A DNA stretch of 64,000 nt from the human T2T-CHM13v2.0 reference genome, Homo sapiens: the NCBI RefSeq assembly GCF_009914755.1, contig NC_060930.1; one strand, 5' to 3'. Each line of letters opens with the position of its first letter. The stretch's first letter is position 1. A program made the position numbers and the translations under genes. The notes beneath the pieces were generated by a model. That model saw only the letters and a program-made list of their open reading frames with translations. It made no database searches and had not been told where the DNA came from. Positions 44,710 through 58,926 of this stretch are shown here, in pieces.

Positions 44710-46250
44710 TTAGAGAAAGGTAATTAAAAATCACTATCATAAAACTGACATAAGTATCACAATTTTTATTTTTATTTAGTACTTATATTTATTCCTTCAT
44801 TTTAGTAAATAAAATTGCCTATATAGTTTGCATAAATTTATCCACATCTTCAATCTTGCTGACACTTTTTTTTCCTGTTGGCCTCATATTCCTTTTCTGC
44901 AAATTTTCTCACAGCAAAATCTGGAAATATAGCCCTTAAAGTTAGGTGGTGCCACTTTATCACACAAATGTACGTTAAATAGTTCAAAACTATGTTCCTT
45001 TAATCTAATATACAAATTGTATACTGATTGTAAGAGATTCTGAGTTAATTTAAACATTGCGATTAATAGTGTATAACCACTGATGAGTAAGACTCTTTGT
45101 TGAAGTAAACAAGTTTGATTTCAGAGATTATTGAATTTTACGAACATTTGTTCATGAATCAATATTTGGCCATTATGTAAGTTGTATTTTTTAGAAGATT
45201 AATTGAGCTGATTAAGCCATCTTGTTTAAACTGAATTTGGAGGTTAATTCTGAATCTCTTGTGTTTCAAAATCACAACAATGTTATCCATTATTTTGTTA
45301 TAATCCAGACTATATTTTAACACATCTTTCAACTTAATTGCTAATTTAATTTGAATTTTAAATATTAATTTTCCCATCAAAAAAACTTTATCTGCCTTTC
45401 CAAGATTTAATCACTAGATGCATAACATTTTTCCCCAAGGGTTGATACAAGCTGTCTTACAAATTAGCCTACCCTTGTCCCATGTGGATAATAGTGTATT
45501 TATTAGAAACTATAGTCAGATCTTGTATGCTGCCCAACAATACTGCTTTAAATAGATATATAAGCTATCTCTTTGCTCAAAATGAAGATGTGTTCCAATA
45601 AGATTCCTTTGATGAATGCCTACAGAACATTTAAGAAATGAGTGATTGTATATTAGCCAAGTGCTCACCATCACGGAGGATGGAATGCAATTACCTGGGA
45701 ACCTGGAATGATAGAAGGTTTGATTTTCTAATAAGCTAGAAGGCTAGTAAAGCATAAAATTTCTAGCATGGTTGGAAAGCTTAAAGAGAGCTTACACAAA
45801 TCAAATTAATAACATTTAAATACAAATACATTAATGTGCAAGGAATTGACTGCACACTTTGCAAATATTTAACTTCATTTATTCTAAATATACAGATAGA
45901 TTTGTCTTTTTAGCAGTTTTCATTGAGTAGTTTATGAATTCTAAGATTATTTCCAACTATGGGATTATTTCCAGGCACTTCTTTATTCCTAATTGGTTTT
46001 AAATACATTACAAAAAATATTTCATAAAATCAACTAGATATAGTAGGCATCTATCTTCCAATAATAGCTAGATTTGACTCAGACTTGATAGTTTACAAAG
46101 TATTTTACAATATACCATTAAATTTGTATTTGAGTGAACATTGTATAACCACCAGTCTATCGAATTTTAAAATACCTAATATTCTTTTCCAAATAGTATT
46201 TCATATGGAGATTTTTCAAAAAAATAACTGTGGCTATGGATAACAATAGA

Positions 46251-46251
<1 letters not shown>

Positions 46252-46283
<32 letters not shown>
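46252..46283. repeat. (TG)n microsatellite
   Basis: Seen directly. Confidence 0.95.
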
Positions 46284-46287
<4 letters not shown>

Positions 46288-46787
46288 GTTTGGAAACACT
46301 AAGGATATGTGTCAACACCAATCATATGTTCACTGTATTAAAAAATTAGAATATTTGGTCTTGACAGCAACCTCGGTCATATTCCAAATTCCATTTTTTA
46401 TTATGCTTGAAGATTAAAAGCTGATTAATTAGATTTTAAGTTATTTAAGGGATGGCTCAAAGATGATTTATAACCCCAACTCTATTTCAATGACATAAAC
46501 ACCGGCTACTTGATAAACCTTGATATTGGCAACATTAAAAATGACATTGGTAAATACTATTATGAGCAAATCTACCAATGACTTGAATTTTTTTAAAGAC
46601 ATGCATATTTTAAGCATTCAAATATATTTCTACACAAAATATTTATCTGCACTGTTACTTTGATAACATGAATAAAAGCACCAACATTTATACTAACATC
46701 TCTCTTCTCTGAACTAATTGCACAAACCACATGAAAAATTAAATTAGACAATTATATAATTAGAATGTGATCACAATTCTCTGTTTT

Positions 46788-47192
<405 letters not shown>

Positions 47193-47788
47193 TAATATAT
47201 AAATGTATATTATGTATAAATACATTATATATTATGTATACTATTTATATATTAATTATGTGTGTGTATATATCTATATATATATAAAATTATATTATAG
47301 TCCCAATAGTTTTACCATATGGGAATTGATAAAATGTTTATCTCTTCATAGAAAAGGGAATCTCTCAGACCAGGTGTTTTCAAGATTTTGTTGTTTTGCT
47401 TTGTAATCACTTCAATCTTTGTTATTCATTAATCTTCTCCCTATGATTTAAAACCATAGTCAGCACTGATTGCACCAGAGTCTACAATTGCTTAAAATTC
47501 AGATTTAAGTAGAGTCATGACTATGATATTTTTTGCTTTTGCTCTAACATTGTGAATCACAATTTGTTAGTTTCTAAACCAAAATAACAGATGACTTTGA
47601 GTGGAACAATCCTTGCTCCATAAAAATAGTCTGCTGCAGTGAATAGTAATTCGTCAACTTCTCTCTACCATTGCTGGAGTGAAGGGTATGAGGGAGCATA
47701 GTAGAGATGGCCTTGCTTTTGAGTTGAGAGTGAAAAGTTTCAGTGTGAACACAGAATCAAACTTTCCCACTTATTATTGAAAAAGAGA

Positions 47789-47790
<2 letters not shown>

Positions 47791-47838
<48 letters not shown>

Positions 47839-47865
47839 CAAAGACAGAGAGAGAGAGAGAAAGAG
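47791..47865. repeat. (GT)n(GA)n compound microsatellite
   Basis: Seen directly. Confidence 0.95.
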
Positions 47866-48182
47866 ACCTCTTTACAGACCCTATATGGAAGATCTGTTTT
47901 GTTTTGTTTTGTTTTTCCATTTAACTCTTTCATGACCACATGGGTGGCCTTTGGTTTGTAACTTGGATATGGATGTTGTTTGTCACTGCACTTTGTATTT
48001 TATAGCAGTAGCTCATTACTCATGAGAACACGTGAAGTTCTTATTGAAAAACAGTTTTTAAAAATTCATTTAAGTCTATTTTGCAGAATGTCATTTTGTG
48101 CATATTTTCCAATTTAATAGTTGCATCTGGCCGGTAACTTTGGCTAAAATTATTTTTGGACTAAAGTATCCTGTATATACTG

Positions 48183-48497
48183 TGATACAGTCTGGCTGTG
48201 TCCCCTCCTAAATCTCATCTTCATTTGTAGTTCCAGTTTCCCCCATCTGTTTTCATGATACTGGGTGAGTTATCATAGATCTGATGGTTTTATAAGGGCT
48301 TTTCCCCCTTTTGCTCTGCACTTCTCCTTGCTGTCACCATGTGAAGAAGAATGTGTTCACTTCCCCTTCCGCCATGATTGTAAGTTTCCTGAAGCTTCCC
48401 CAGCCCTGAAGAACTGTGACACAATTAAACCTCTTTCCTTTATAAATTACCCAGTCTCAGGTATGTCCTTATAGCAGTGTGAGAATGGACTAACATG
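48183..48497 (+). mobile_element. THE1D-type MaLR solo LTR with internal deletion
   Basis: tgatacagtctggctgtgtcccc...ccatgtgaagaagaatgtg...gtgagaatggactaacatg; near-TSD TACTG/TGCTG. Confidence 0.85.
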
Positions 48498-48963
48498 TGC
48501 TGAGTAAAATTTTTAATATAGAGAAAAGTAAAAATAAAAGCCATCAAAACTTTTAAATGTGAAATTTCATGCCAGTGATCTAAACAGTTTGAGAAAATTC
48601 TGTCTTGGTGTCTCATTGAGGCAAAAGAATAACTAACATGATTATTTTAATAGATTATTTTGACATAATTCATTCTAACCAAAGTACATGTTTACAAAAA
48701 TCTTCTTTATAAAATAATTTAAAAGAACTGATAATCACAAGTCAGATTACTAATAATTTTTGAAGTTTTATGTAAAAAGTTATTTTATTCAAAAGTATTA
48801 AGGCAGTTACTTGGGCAGTGAATCTAATTTTGCTTTAAAAATAACGGAAAATTACATTTTACTGGAAAATAAATTGGGAAAGAGACTTTTCAGTACTCTT
48901 ACATTCATTAGTTTAAAGAAAGAAGATGTTAAAAAGAAAAAAGTTGCCTCTAAACTAAAAAAT

Positions 48964-49017
48964 TGCCTTAGCTTCCCAAAGTTCTAGAATTACAGGTGCG
49001 AGCCACTGTTCCTGGCC
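48964..49017 (-). mobile_element. Isolated 5' 54 bp of an Alu
   Basis: tgccttagcttcccaaagttctagaattacaggtgcgagccactgttcctggcc. Confidence 0.85.
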
Positions 49018-49807
49018 TAGATTTTTTTTATTCTGTTTTTTTTTCTCTGATCATTATTGCCTCTAAATATTAAAATAAAATGTTGTTTAGTTAGAATATA
49101 TGACTGGTTGTGAATAGGTGCTTGGTTTAGTACTACAGATTTTAAATTAGTATTTAGATATTAACCAACATTTTTATACATGTTTATTTTTTAAAGTGAT
49201 TTTATGGAGCTTGATATGAGTAGCAAAATCACATGGCAATGATCTCAAAATTGAATTTTGTTTTAAGAATCTCATGTCAATATAAATAATCTTTCAACCC
49301 ATAAATGTCAGTGAAGAAAGTGGGATCAAAGAGTATATTATCTGGGTTATGTTATAATTACAAGAGACAGAATTACAACTTGCTGTTTTAAATTTCAATA
49401 TGTATGTTGTATATGTACGTAATGTAAACTGATAAAGAAGTATCAAATCAATTTTCAATATAAATGGCTAAATCAAAATAAGCTAAATATTTATGGAGGG
49501 ATTAAAGGATTAAAAGCAATGAACAAACATGGAATACCTTCAAATTTAATAGTTAAGAAAGACCATCAAATAAAATTTACAAAGACCAATTATTTCATGA
49601 CTATTATGGAAGATCCAGTGCTGAATACAAGATTAGATAATTATGCAAGATTATACAAGATTTGATGCTGATTGATGAAATAGTTAAACTTGTATACACT
49701 AGCATTGCTGTTGAACCATTTTAGTATTTATATTATTTAGCAAACTTATAAGCATCTTGGCAAACCTTTTTAGATTTGTAAAAAATTTAATTAAAAAATA
49801 TTTTAAC

Positions 49808-50108
49808 TTTTTTTTTTTGTTTTTTTTTTGAGATAGAGTCTGGATCTGTCGCCCAGGCTGGAGTGTAGTGGCGTGATCATGACTCACTGCAGCCTGTACT
49901 TCACAGGCTCAAGCGATCCTCCACTTCAGTCTCTTGAGTAACTGGGACCACAGGAGCACATGACTACATCTGTCTAGTTTTTTTTTTTTTTTTTTTAATA
50001 TATAGGGACAGGGTTTTGCCATATTGCCCAGGTTGTTGTTAAATTCCTGCTTAAGCTATCTGCTTACCTCAGCCTCCAAAAATTCTGGGATTCTCCCAAA
50101 GTTCAGCC
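49808..50108 (-). mobile_element. AluJ-type SINE
   Basis: gatcatgactcactgcagcct...ggctcaagcgatcctcc; diverged dimer. Confidence 0.9.
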
Positions 50109-50364
50109 TATAATTTTTTTTTTTTAATTCTAGGTTTTATATCTGGTCATTAATTACATTGAAAATGCATAATTTTCAAAATGGCAAAACTGTGACTCTG
50201 TAAATATAAAATAAACATATGTCATTCATTTTATTTAACTCACTGATTAATGTGAATATAAATGAAATAAGTCAATTCAAATGAGAATTTGACTTACAAA
50301 GAGTTTTATTCTCCACTAGACAACATTCATTTGTATTTTTTTATTTTTTTAATACAACTTGATC

Positions 50365-50662
50365 TTTTTTTTTGTTTGTTTTTTGTTTTTTGAGACAGAG
50401 CCTTGCTCTGTTGTCCAGGCTGTCAAGATCTTGGCTCACTGCAACTTCTGCCTCCTGGGTTCAAGAGATTCTCATGCCTCAGCCTCCTGAGTAACTGGGA
50501 TTACAGGCGCCTGCTACCATGCCCAGCTACTTTTGTATTTTTAGTAGAGATGGGGTTTCACCCTGTTGGCCGGGGCGGTCTTGAAATACTGACCTCAAGT
50601 GATCTACCCACATTGACCTCCCAAAGTGCTGGGACTACAGGCATGAGCGACCACACCCGGCC
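50365..50662 (-). mobile_element. AluS (Sz/Sx-type) SINE
   Basis: Full dimer with small deletion; gacctcaagtgatc. Confidence 0.92.
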
Positions 50663-51572
50663 ATTCATTTACACTTTAATGAAGAAAAAGTATCTTCATG
50701 GCTAGGAGCAGGCAGCATTTGCCGTTAAGTTTTCTACAACTCTACTACTCCTTCAGAGTTATAAATAGCTTAATCAATCTAAAACAACTAAAGGTACACA
50801 CTTCTATAGAATCAGAAGGTTCACTAGACAATGTCGAGAATGCCACTACGAAAAAACTGCCAGTCATCTCTTCTGCCTGTTTCAAGTCTGACAAATTTTG
50901 CTGACTGTAACTCCCACTCCTCTTTATAGGTCTTATCTACTTCCTGCCACTGTATGCATATTCTTATGCAAAATGTTCTTTATAGAGTTGAGCTCATCTA
51001 GTATAGCCAATTTTAAATTTCACTATTTCCACAGATATTTTCATATCATTAGGAAATCCTTAGAAAGATTTCAATGGCTGCATGATATGAATCTACTAAA
51101 AACTATATAAGCCCTCTTCTAATGTTGGTCATAGAGGGTATTCAAGTGTTTGCTATCTTAAATGGATCTGAGAACAGCACTATACATACCATATTCAACT
51201 ACAAAATAAATTTTAATAATATTACAGTAATGAATGTTTTATAATACTTCTAGAATTAGATCTATGTAGATAAAATATGTTCCTGATTACTTGTATGTGT
51301 GTGTGTATGTATGTGAATGTTTGCATGCCTACTTTTAATATTAGTGTATATAGTGTCTGTATTGTATTGGGATTATTGGATTTTGTATTATCTAATATGA
51401 TAGGCAAAATACAACACTTGAAAAAGTTGTATTTATGCAATAACTGAAATGGAAAATATTTTATATATTTATGTGCCATTTGAACTTTTTACTTTGAAAA
51501 TTGTCTGTATCTTTTGGAATTTTGTTGTTGTTATTCTTTTCAGGTTAAGGGAATCAAATGTAATTGGTTATA

Positions 51573-51880
51573 GTGACAATGTTGCAATTTGCCTAAGCCC
51601 TGTACTCCCTGAAACAGAGAAGGTCAAGAAATCTTCCTAATCCTTTTGTGATTTGGGCAACAGCTTCTGAAACACTCTTCCCAATATGATTTAAACAGAT
51701 ACAGAGGCCTCCTTATTTACCTTGACAAGGCTAGATAGACTCTCCAAATTCCCATTCTTTATCTCATAAATGGTTGGCTGAGCTGTTTTCTCCACTGACA
51801 TATTTAGATAAAACTTAATCAAACTTTAGTCAGACTTCTCTCCTTCACCCAGGCCCCTGAACTTTGACCCACACTTTGGT
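51573..51880 (+). mobile_element. ERV1 LTR fragment (MER67/MER31-like)
   Basis: taatcaaactttagtcagacttctctccttcacccaggcccctgaactttgaccca; family name from memory. Confidence 0.55.
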
Positions 51881-52669
51881 ATATAGTTTATTCTTAAATT
51901 ATAAAAATAGTGGTGTTATCTGCTACTAACAAACTACAAAAGTGAAAATGTCCAAAGAACTATTCTACAAATAAGTAATGTGACATGATCATACTTAACG
52001 CAGAATTTATTGATAAAGATACTTATGTAAGGAAATGAAATATATTTTCATTATTTGTGATTATTTAAATTTTCGTTTGCTAAATTGAAGGTAAATTCCA
52101 TAAACCTGTATTCACTGAATCAATTAGATTATCAATTATGGCAACTTCTTTTTCTAATTATTATTTTTATAGGACATTAAAAAATTGCAACTTGTCAAAG
52201 CTTTTAATAACTGAATTAAGTCATTTCATAATAACTGTAGACTTCTGTAGACCCAGCACAGTAGTACCTCTTGAAAAGTAAATGTACACTTTTATTTTTA
52301 AGTTGTACTGCAAAGGAACTATCCAATGGAAGTTTCCACAGCGATTCAATCTGTTCCTTTATCCCAATCCATTTCCAAGAAATTCTGTATCTGTCTGATT
52401 CCCGGCACTTATCTCCACCTCTTCTCTATGATTGTATCCTTTCCAATTTGAACCCGATGATCTAAATTCATGCTTCTCCTTATGAACTCACTTCAATTTT
52501 CTGCAACTGTTCTACAGTATAAGATTTGCTGAGTATTAAACCCACTCTATGAAGCCCTGCTTCAGCATTCTCTGGATACAAATACACAGACAATTCAACT
52601 CAAACTTGCTCAAAGACTAACTCAGTTTTATGCCTGAGGAAGGAGGTGTGCTCCTGATGTTCTGTAGCA

Positions 52670-52978
52670 CAGCGGTTCCCAACCTTTTTGGCACCTGGGA
52701 CCAGTTTCCTGGAAGACAATTTTTCCACCAGATGGGAGGGGAGGGTGGTTTCAGGATGAAAGTGTTCCACCTCAGATCATCAGGCATTAGATCCCTCACA
52801 TGCGCAGTTCAAATAGGGTTTGAGCACCAGTGAGGCTCTAATGCGACCCTGACCTGACAGGAGGCAAAGCTCAGGCAGTAATGCTCTCTCACCCTCCCCT
52901 CACCTCCTGCCGTGAGGCCTGGTTCCTAAATGGACACAAACCGGCACTGGTCCCTGGCCCAGGGGCTGAGGACGCTTG
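52670..52978 (+). mobile_element. MER1B hAT-Charlie MITE
   Basis: cagcggttcccaacctttttggcacctgggacc...cacctcagatcatcaggcattagat; perfect 8-bp TSD CTGTAGCA at 52662-52669 and 52979-52986. Confidence 0.93.
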
Positions 52979-53175
52979 CTGTAGCAGATATTCCTGGACT
53001 AATAGATCTTACTACAATAATCTGTATCTAATTTTATAGCAGGCAATGTATTAACTAAACCTAATGCAGAGACATAAAGCTATATCACCAAATGCCCATG
53101 GGGAGAACTGGATATATATGTTTCCTATATAAACTATTTTAAAATACTTTGGCTCTACTTTGTTATGCTCTATAC

Positions 53176-53325
53176 CAGAATTTGGCAAACTGCAGCCTGA
53201 ACCCATATATGCCTGCCTTCCTGTTTTGGTAAATAAAATTTTATGAGACCACACCTCTGCTCATTACTGCTGTGTGTAGCTGCTTTTGTGCTTGTAGCTG
53301 TGTAGTTGCTATAAAGACCTTATCT
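53176..53325 (+). mobile_element. Partial MER58A-type MITE
   Basis: ttggcaaactgcagcc...cctgttttggtaaataaaattttatgagaccacac...gctgcttttgtgc. Confidence 0.65.
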
Positions 53326-53335
53326 GTTGTATTCC

Positions 53336-53884
53336 TAGGGCTGTCTTTAAGAACATGTGCCCAGTGCACTCCCACAGGGTACCACACAGAGAAGGGCTTG
53401 TATTTAAGGTCTCATTTTCTGCAATTACATTATTGAAGTTCTTAAAACATTCATTTTTGAATTAGTGTTTATAAAGTCTGCTGGGATAACATATGATATA
53501 CTGGGGGCTTAATGCCTCAGCTCATATGTTTTTCCAACCTGACTTTCTCCTCAGGAAGAATTTTTCTGACAGCTTCTCCCAGTCAACCCTGTCTGCCTAT
53601 CCTTGTCCTTCCTGATCTGGTTCAATGGCTGCCGCCCATTGGCCAGAACAGTTACAGATTACATTAGTCAGGGAGATCGATGTTCCACCATACAGATGTC
53701 CTGGTCTGGAATGCAGGGAGCACTGGGCTCTGGAGTTGGCCAGAAATGTCTCAGGGAGGGGCAAGGTGGCAACCATCCTCCCCGGACCAGCAGTGGTACA
53801 GTGAATTCCCCAAATGACTAGACAGATGCTTTTTGTCCACTCCCATCCATTATTTTTCACTGAGCCCTTTTGTAGCTGAACCTG
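53336..53884 (+). mobile_element. MER115/Zaphod-type hAT-Tip100 element
   Basis: agggctgtct...cagtgcactcccacaggg...ttgaagttcttaa...gggggcttaatgcctcagctca; end tttttcactgagccc...tgtagctgaacctg. Confidence 0.65.
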
Positions 53885-55706
53885 TTTTTCCCCTAAGCCT
53901 GTCAGAAGTTAGTATCTGACTCTACTATATCTTTCTGATCAGGGAGAAACCTCAAGACAAAATGGATTCAGATTCCAGACTTACCTCTTATCTCCTTATC
54001 TTTCATGGCATCTCACACTTGTTATCTCGACTACTTTGCTAGCTTTATGTTGTCTTTAAAGATTGCTTTTACATTTATTTGGAACTTTTTCAGTGACCCT
54101 AAGCAAAAGTGATCCATCTTTATTAGAAGTAAAAATCCACTAACTAAGAAATAAACATTGTTCTCTCAAGTTGTTCAAGACATTTTAACAGGAGTTTATT
54201 TTTAAAAATCTTGTAATCATTATACTTAACAGGAAAATGAAATTGGCTTGATGATTCAAATTATTTTAAATAATTTTACTTTAAACTGCAATTTTTTTTT
54301 CAAATACTGCACAAACTACCAATTCAGTAGGTACCATTTGAAGACCTGCTGAATTTCTCATATATCGAGAATGACACTATACACATAGCTGAAGCTGAAA
54401 TATTCAATTTATTAATCATGTGCAGATGCATTCTCTCTGGCAATTTAATTTATTTAATGCCCAGGAACAAATGGATAAGATGTTTATGTGTCATATTAAT
54501 GGGGACCTAGCATCTTTCTCACAAGGGGTTCAAACCATTTTTAAATTTAATTTACTCTCAAACTGTGATGATACTAATGTAATTATCTTTCATATCAGAG
54601 CTAAGATTCAAAATAAAAGGAGTAACCAAAATTGCCAGAAATTATGAGATTCAAATTTGTGATCAGAGGCAAAAGCCTTTCAGTTCTAAGGTACTTATTT
54701 TAAACAATAAAGCCAAATACCGAGGAAATTGCATTAATGAAAAATATATTCACTATCTGTTGTTTCTTTTAAATGAAGAATTGATTCAAATCGGCACTTT
54801 GGTTTTGGGAACAAGGTATTGGAGTTAGAATCTCACCTGAATTTATATGATGCAAGTGATGGCAGATTAATTCATTGTTTTTAAGTTTCTATGTCCACAG
54901 CTCTACTGAAATCATTCTGACAAAAATCATTAGAAAAATATAAATTCATTTCTATAGTGATATCCTCCTAAAATGATAACCTGACATGTCTTATTTTTGC
55001 CAAGTGGCTTCATCTGAAACAGCATATTGTAATGTGAAAAGGATTCAGTAATCAGAAACAGTTTAGAAATGTCAGTGTAGGCAACAGAAGATCACAGCAA
55101 TCTATCACTGAGGTTCCTTTCGTGGGATATAGGATAGATCATAATGTTTTGTTCCATAAAAGGAAAATGTAAAACTGTAGAAACATGAAAACAAAGTGAT
55201 AAACAGGAAGCTATGTCCAGCATCTAAAACAAGAATCTGGATTATACTCCTGTCAATACTTTTGTCTAAAACGAGCACAGAGAATTCAATGATTTATATC
55301 TTAGAGTGATATTGTACTATTGAGGGAAATCATATTAATAGGAAAAAAAAGTTTACCTATGAGACTTTTGTTATTGTTAATTTGATGAAAATTTACCAGT
55401 TCCTTCATTAAGATTAACACTTAGAAATCTTGCTTGTAAAAACAAATTAAAACAAAACAAACAAAAACATCTCTAAAACACCATAATAATCTTTTATAAA
55501 ATAATGATGAGTTATATGTAGTTAATTTTTGCCAACGTATTAGAACATGAGGTGCTCTGTACTCCTTTTTAAGCAATTGATAATGTCCAAATCTCAAGCT
55601 GATTTTTACATTTAAATAAAGGAAGTTATTTATTATTACATACTCATATTCATTAATCAAAATATATAAAATATTTAAAAAATATGTCAATGGAAAGAAA
55701 CCTTTC

Positions 55707-56039
55707 TGTTATAAACTTCATATATGTGTCCTTCTAAAATTCACAAGATGAAATTCCAACTACCCATGTGACATTAGGAAGTGGTACCTTTGAGAGGTAA
55801 TTGGGTCATGAGGGCTCTGCCTTTATGAGAGAAACTCCAGAAAATTCACTAGTTCTCTTTTTGCCATGTAAGGATATGAGAAGATGGCAATTGGCAATCT
55901 GAAGCATTCCATCACCAGGATCCTATCGTCCTGTCACTGGATCTCTGTCTTCTAGCCTCTGGAACTGTGTTAAATTTTTGTTGTTTATAAGCCATCCAGG
56001 CTATGGTACTTGTTATAGTAGCCCACAGATACAAAGATA
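55707..56039 (+). mobile_element. MLT1A-type MaLR solo LTR
   Basis: tgttat...gggtcatgagggc...ctagcctctggaactgtg...ttataagccatccag; perfect TSD CTTTC at 55702-55706 and 56040-56044. Confidence 0.88.
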
Positions 56040-57537
56040 CTTTCCCTTTCCTGTGAGGGTTTTTCAAAGATTTAGTATCTGCATGATATGTTCTAACACC
56101 TATCAAGCAATTATTTGACTACATTTTTATTATTGTATCTTTGAACAAGAAATTAATTAAACAATCTCTTTCCTGAACTTTCTCTCAACCTCCTTCTTTA
56201 TTTTTTGGCTTGCTTTTATACTGATATCAGCCAAGAAAATATTCCCTTTTCTTTTAAGAATCCTTCCCTAGCCCATCTTGTTTTGATAGATGCTTTTCCT
56301 ATATGTTCACTCTATTACAGTTTCCATAACTTTGTCATGGTATGCCATATTTGCCTACTTAGCTATCTGCCTTCTACAGTAATTACTATACACCACTTTT
56401 ACTTTCTGTCCTCTTCACCATTTCCCCCAGACACAAGACTGAGTACTTCACATTTTGCAGGTACTCAGTTGAATAGATAAAGTCCTCAGTTAAAAATAGC
56501 AATGCCCTATCAGAAAGATTACTAAGTGAATGACGGCCTTCTGTTCCCTGATTCATAAAATGGCACAAAGGCTAATTACAGAAAGCAATGTCTAGCCAAG
56601 AAGGAGTAGAAGGCTTTAAGTCAGTGCATACAGTGCACCACAATTAAAGTTAGAAATATCCCAGTTTTGTCTGGTATCAGCCCTGATCTCAACATATATT
56701 TCACTACAAAACTCTTAATTTGCACAATTATGCATTCATATGTTGTTTTCAATTTCTTCTTGGTCATAAAAATATTGATTTTGTACTGTAACTTTACACA
56801 AGGAAAAAAAAAAGAAACAATTCAAATTGTGCCTGGTGTAATTATATTCCAAAGACTGTTTCAAAGCAAATTTCAGAGCACAAACCCAAGATGATCATCA
56901 GGCTATAGAATGTGATAGTTACAGTCACTATCAATCAAAAGTAATAAAAGTGATTTCTGACCAAATAATAAAATTTATGTTTTCATTATCTTTATGGTAC
57001 ACCTAAAACGACCATGAAATAAACTAATTCATTCTACTTTGTGAAATAAACTGAATTTACTTCACACCATTACTAGCAATTCTACTTTAATAGATTTATA
57101 AATTACCAAATAACATTCCTGAAGGTGTAGTAAGAAATAAATTTACCACCTAGAGTTTTATTTCTTCTCTTATCTTTTACAATGCATATGACTGCTTAAA
57201 TGATCTATTTAGCCCTTTACTTTATTTTTTCACTATATATTAGTTCATATTACTTAGCAATATACTTTTATTATTATACATTTATTCAAGAAAAATGTTT
57301 ATATATTTAATTTTCACTTTGCATAAAACTACATTTGACACTTTTATTAAAAACATTCATATTGTAATTTAATTTTACTTTGAAGTTGTGATTACTTACA
57401 GAAGCTGGTTCAAATATTTTTTAGTCTTAAAACACTCACACTTCATTATTGTCTAGCCGAATTTTGTTGGCAAATTAATAACTGTTTCTTACTTTCGTAA
57501 TTAGTTTTTGGGACTCTAATTTACATTTTAGAATTGA

Positions 57538-57834
57538 ACTGTCTGAGACAATAATGAATAGTCACTATTAGACATGTAAAATTTGAGTAGTTCAAATTCA
57601 GGTGTGCTGTAAGTATAAAAAATGCAGATTTTCAAAAACAGTAAAAAGATGAATACTGTAAAATATCTCAATAAGGCAATTGAAACTTTTAAAATATATT
57701 GGAGTCAATCAAATATATAATTACAATTAATTTTACCTTTATTTTCACTTTTTTAACATGGCTACTAGAAATTTTAAAATTGCATAAATAGCTTGCCTTT
57801 GTGGCTCACATTATATTTCCTTTGGTCTGTGCTG
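57538..57834. mobile_element. MER33-type hAT-Charlie MITE
   Basis: gtgtgctgtaagtataaaa...ttttcacttttttaacatggctactagaaattttaaaatt...tgtggctcacattatatttc. Confidence 0.75.
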
Positions 57835-57981
57835 TTCTAGCTTTGCTCAATGGTCCTTCTGCATATTGTTGCCCTCATTTTTCTTTCAATCTTTAACTAT
57901 TTTGTTTTTCCACCTGAAAAATACTGTTTTAGGGGGTCATTTTCACATTATTGGTACCAACCTATAATACTTAAACTCTTA

Positions 57982-58108
57982 AGTTGGGTGCAGTGGCACA
58001 CACCTGTAGTCCTAGCTGTTCAGAAGGCTGAGGCAGGAGGATTGCTTGAGACCAGGAGTTTGAGGACAGCCTGGGCAACATAGAAAGACCCCATTTATTT
58101 TTAAAAAT
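57982..58108 (+). mobile_element. FLAM_A-like Alu monomer
   Basis: gggtgcagtggcacacacctgtagtcctagct...aggaggattgcttgagaccaggagtttgagg...cagcctgggcaacatag. Confidence 0.85.
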
Positions 58109-58177
58109 ATATGCATAACTGAACTCATAAAATTTCCCTTACAGCTTTACTATTTAATATGTGGAGGAGACTGCTGG

Positions 58178-58180
<3 letters not shown>

Positions 58181-58228
<48 letters not shown>
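58181..58228. repeat. (TG)24 microsatellite
   Basis: Seen directly. Confidence 0.95.
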
Positions 58229-58229
<1 letters not shown>

Positions 58230-58926
58230 CTAAGAGAGAATTTTGAAGGACTAACATGTGTCAGATCCTCTTTTAGTGATATTACATGAGATGTCTCATT
58301 TTAATTAAAGTCCATGTAAGAGAGATATCATTCCTATTTTACAGACAGAGAAAGAATCTTGAGGAAGATTGAGTAACTTGTCCAGTATGTGCTTCTCTAA
58401 AGAAAACATTATCTTAATTGATGAAATCTTTACAATACCATATTATAATAATGTAGGTATTTTCAGAAAAAAATATTAGCAATATTAGTTCCATGGGCAT
58501 TATAAATTTTAATATCCTCAAAATTTTCTTGTAATATGTCTTTAGTTTTTTCAGGTGTACCTTGACTTAATTTTGCAACAATTCACTTAAGGTTGCTGGT
58601 ACTTTTATCTTGTCCAATGTTACTGTCTTTTCATATGAATTCTATATAACTTAATGAATATGAACCTTAAAGTGTTTTAAAATTGTCTCTAATATCACAT
58701 GTACTTAATTCTTAGGATAATTTGGATAATAAAAGTAGAAAACAAATACCATTATTTGTATCATAACAGTATATGGTAATAATATATGTCATAGATCTGG
58801 TTTCAGTATATTAAGAACTGTTTTGAAATCAATATAAAGAGATTTTAGTCATTAAAAATGTACAGATGGTATAGTTATGGTAAATTGTTGATATTCCAAA
58901 GTAAATTATAACAAGAATTATAACAA

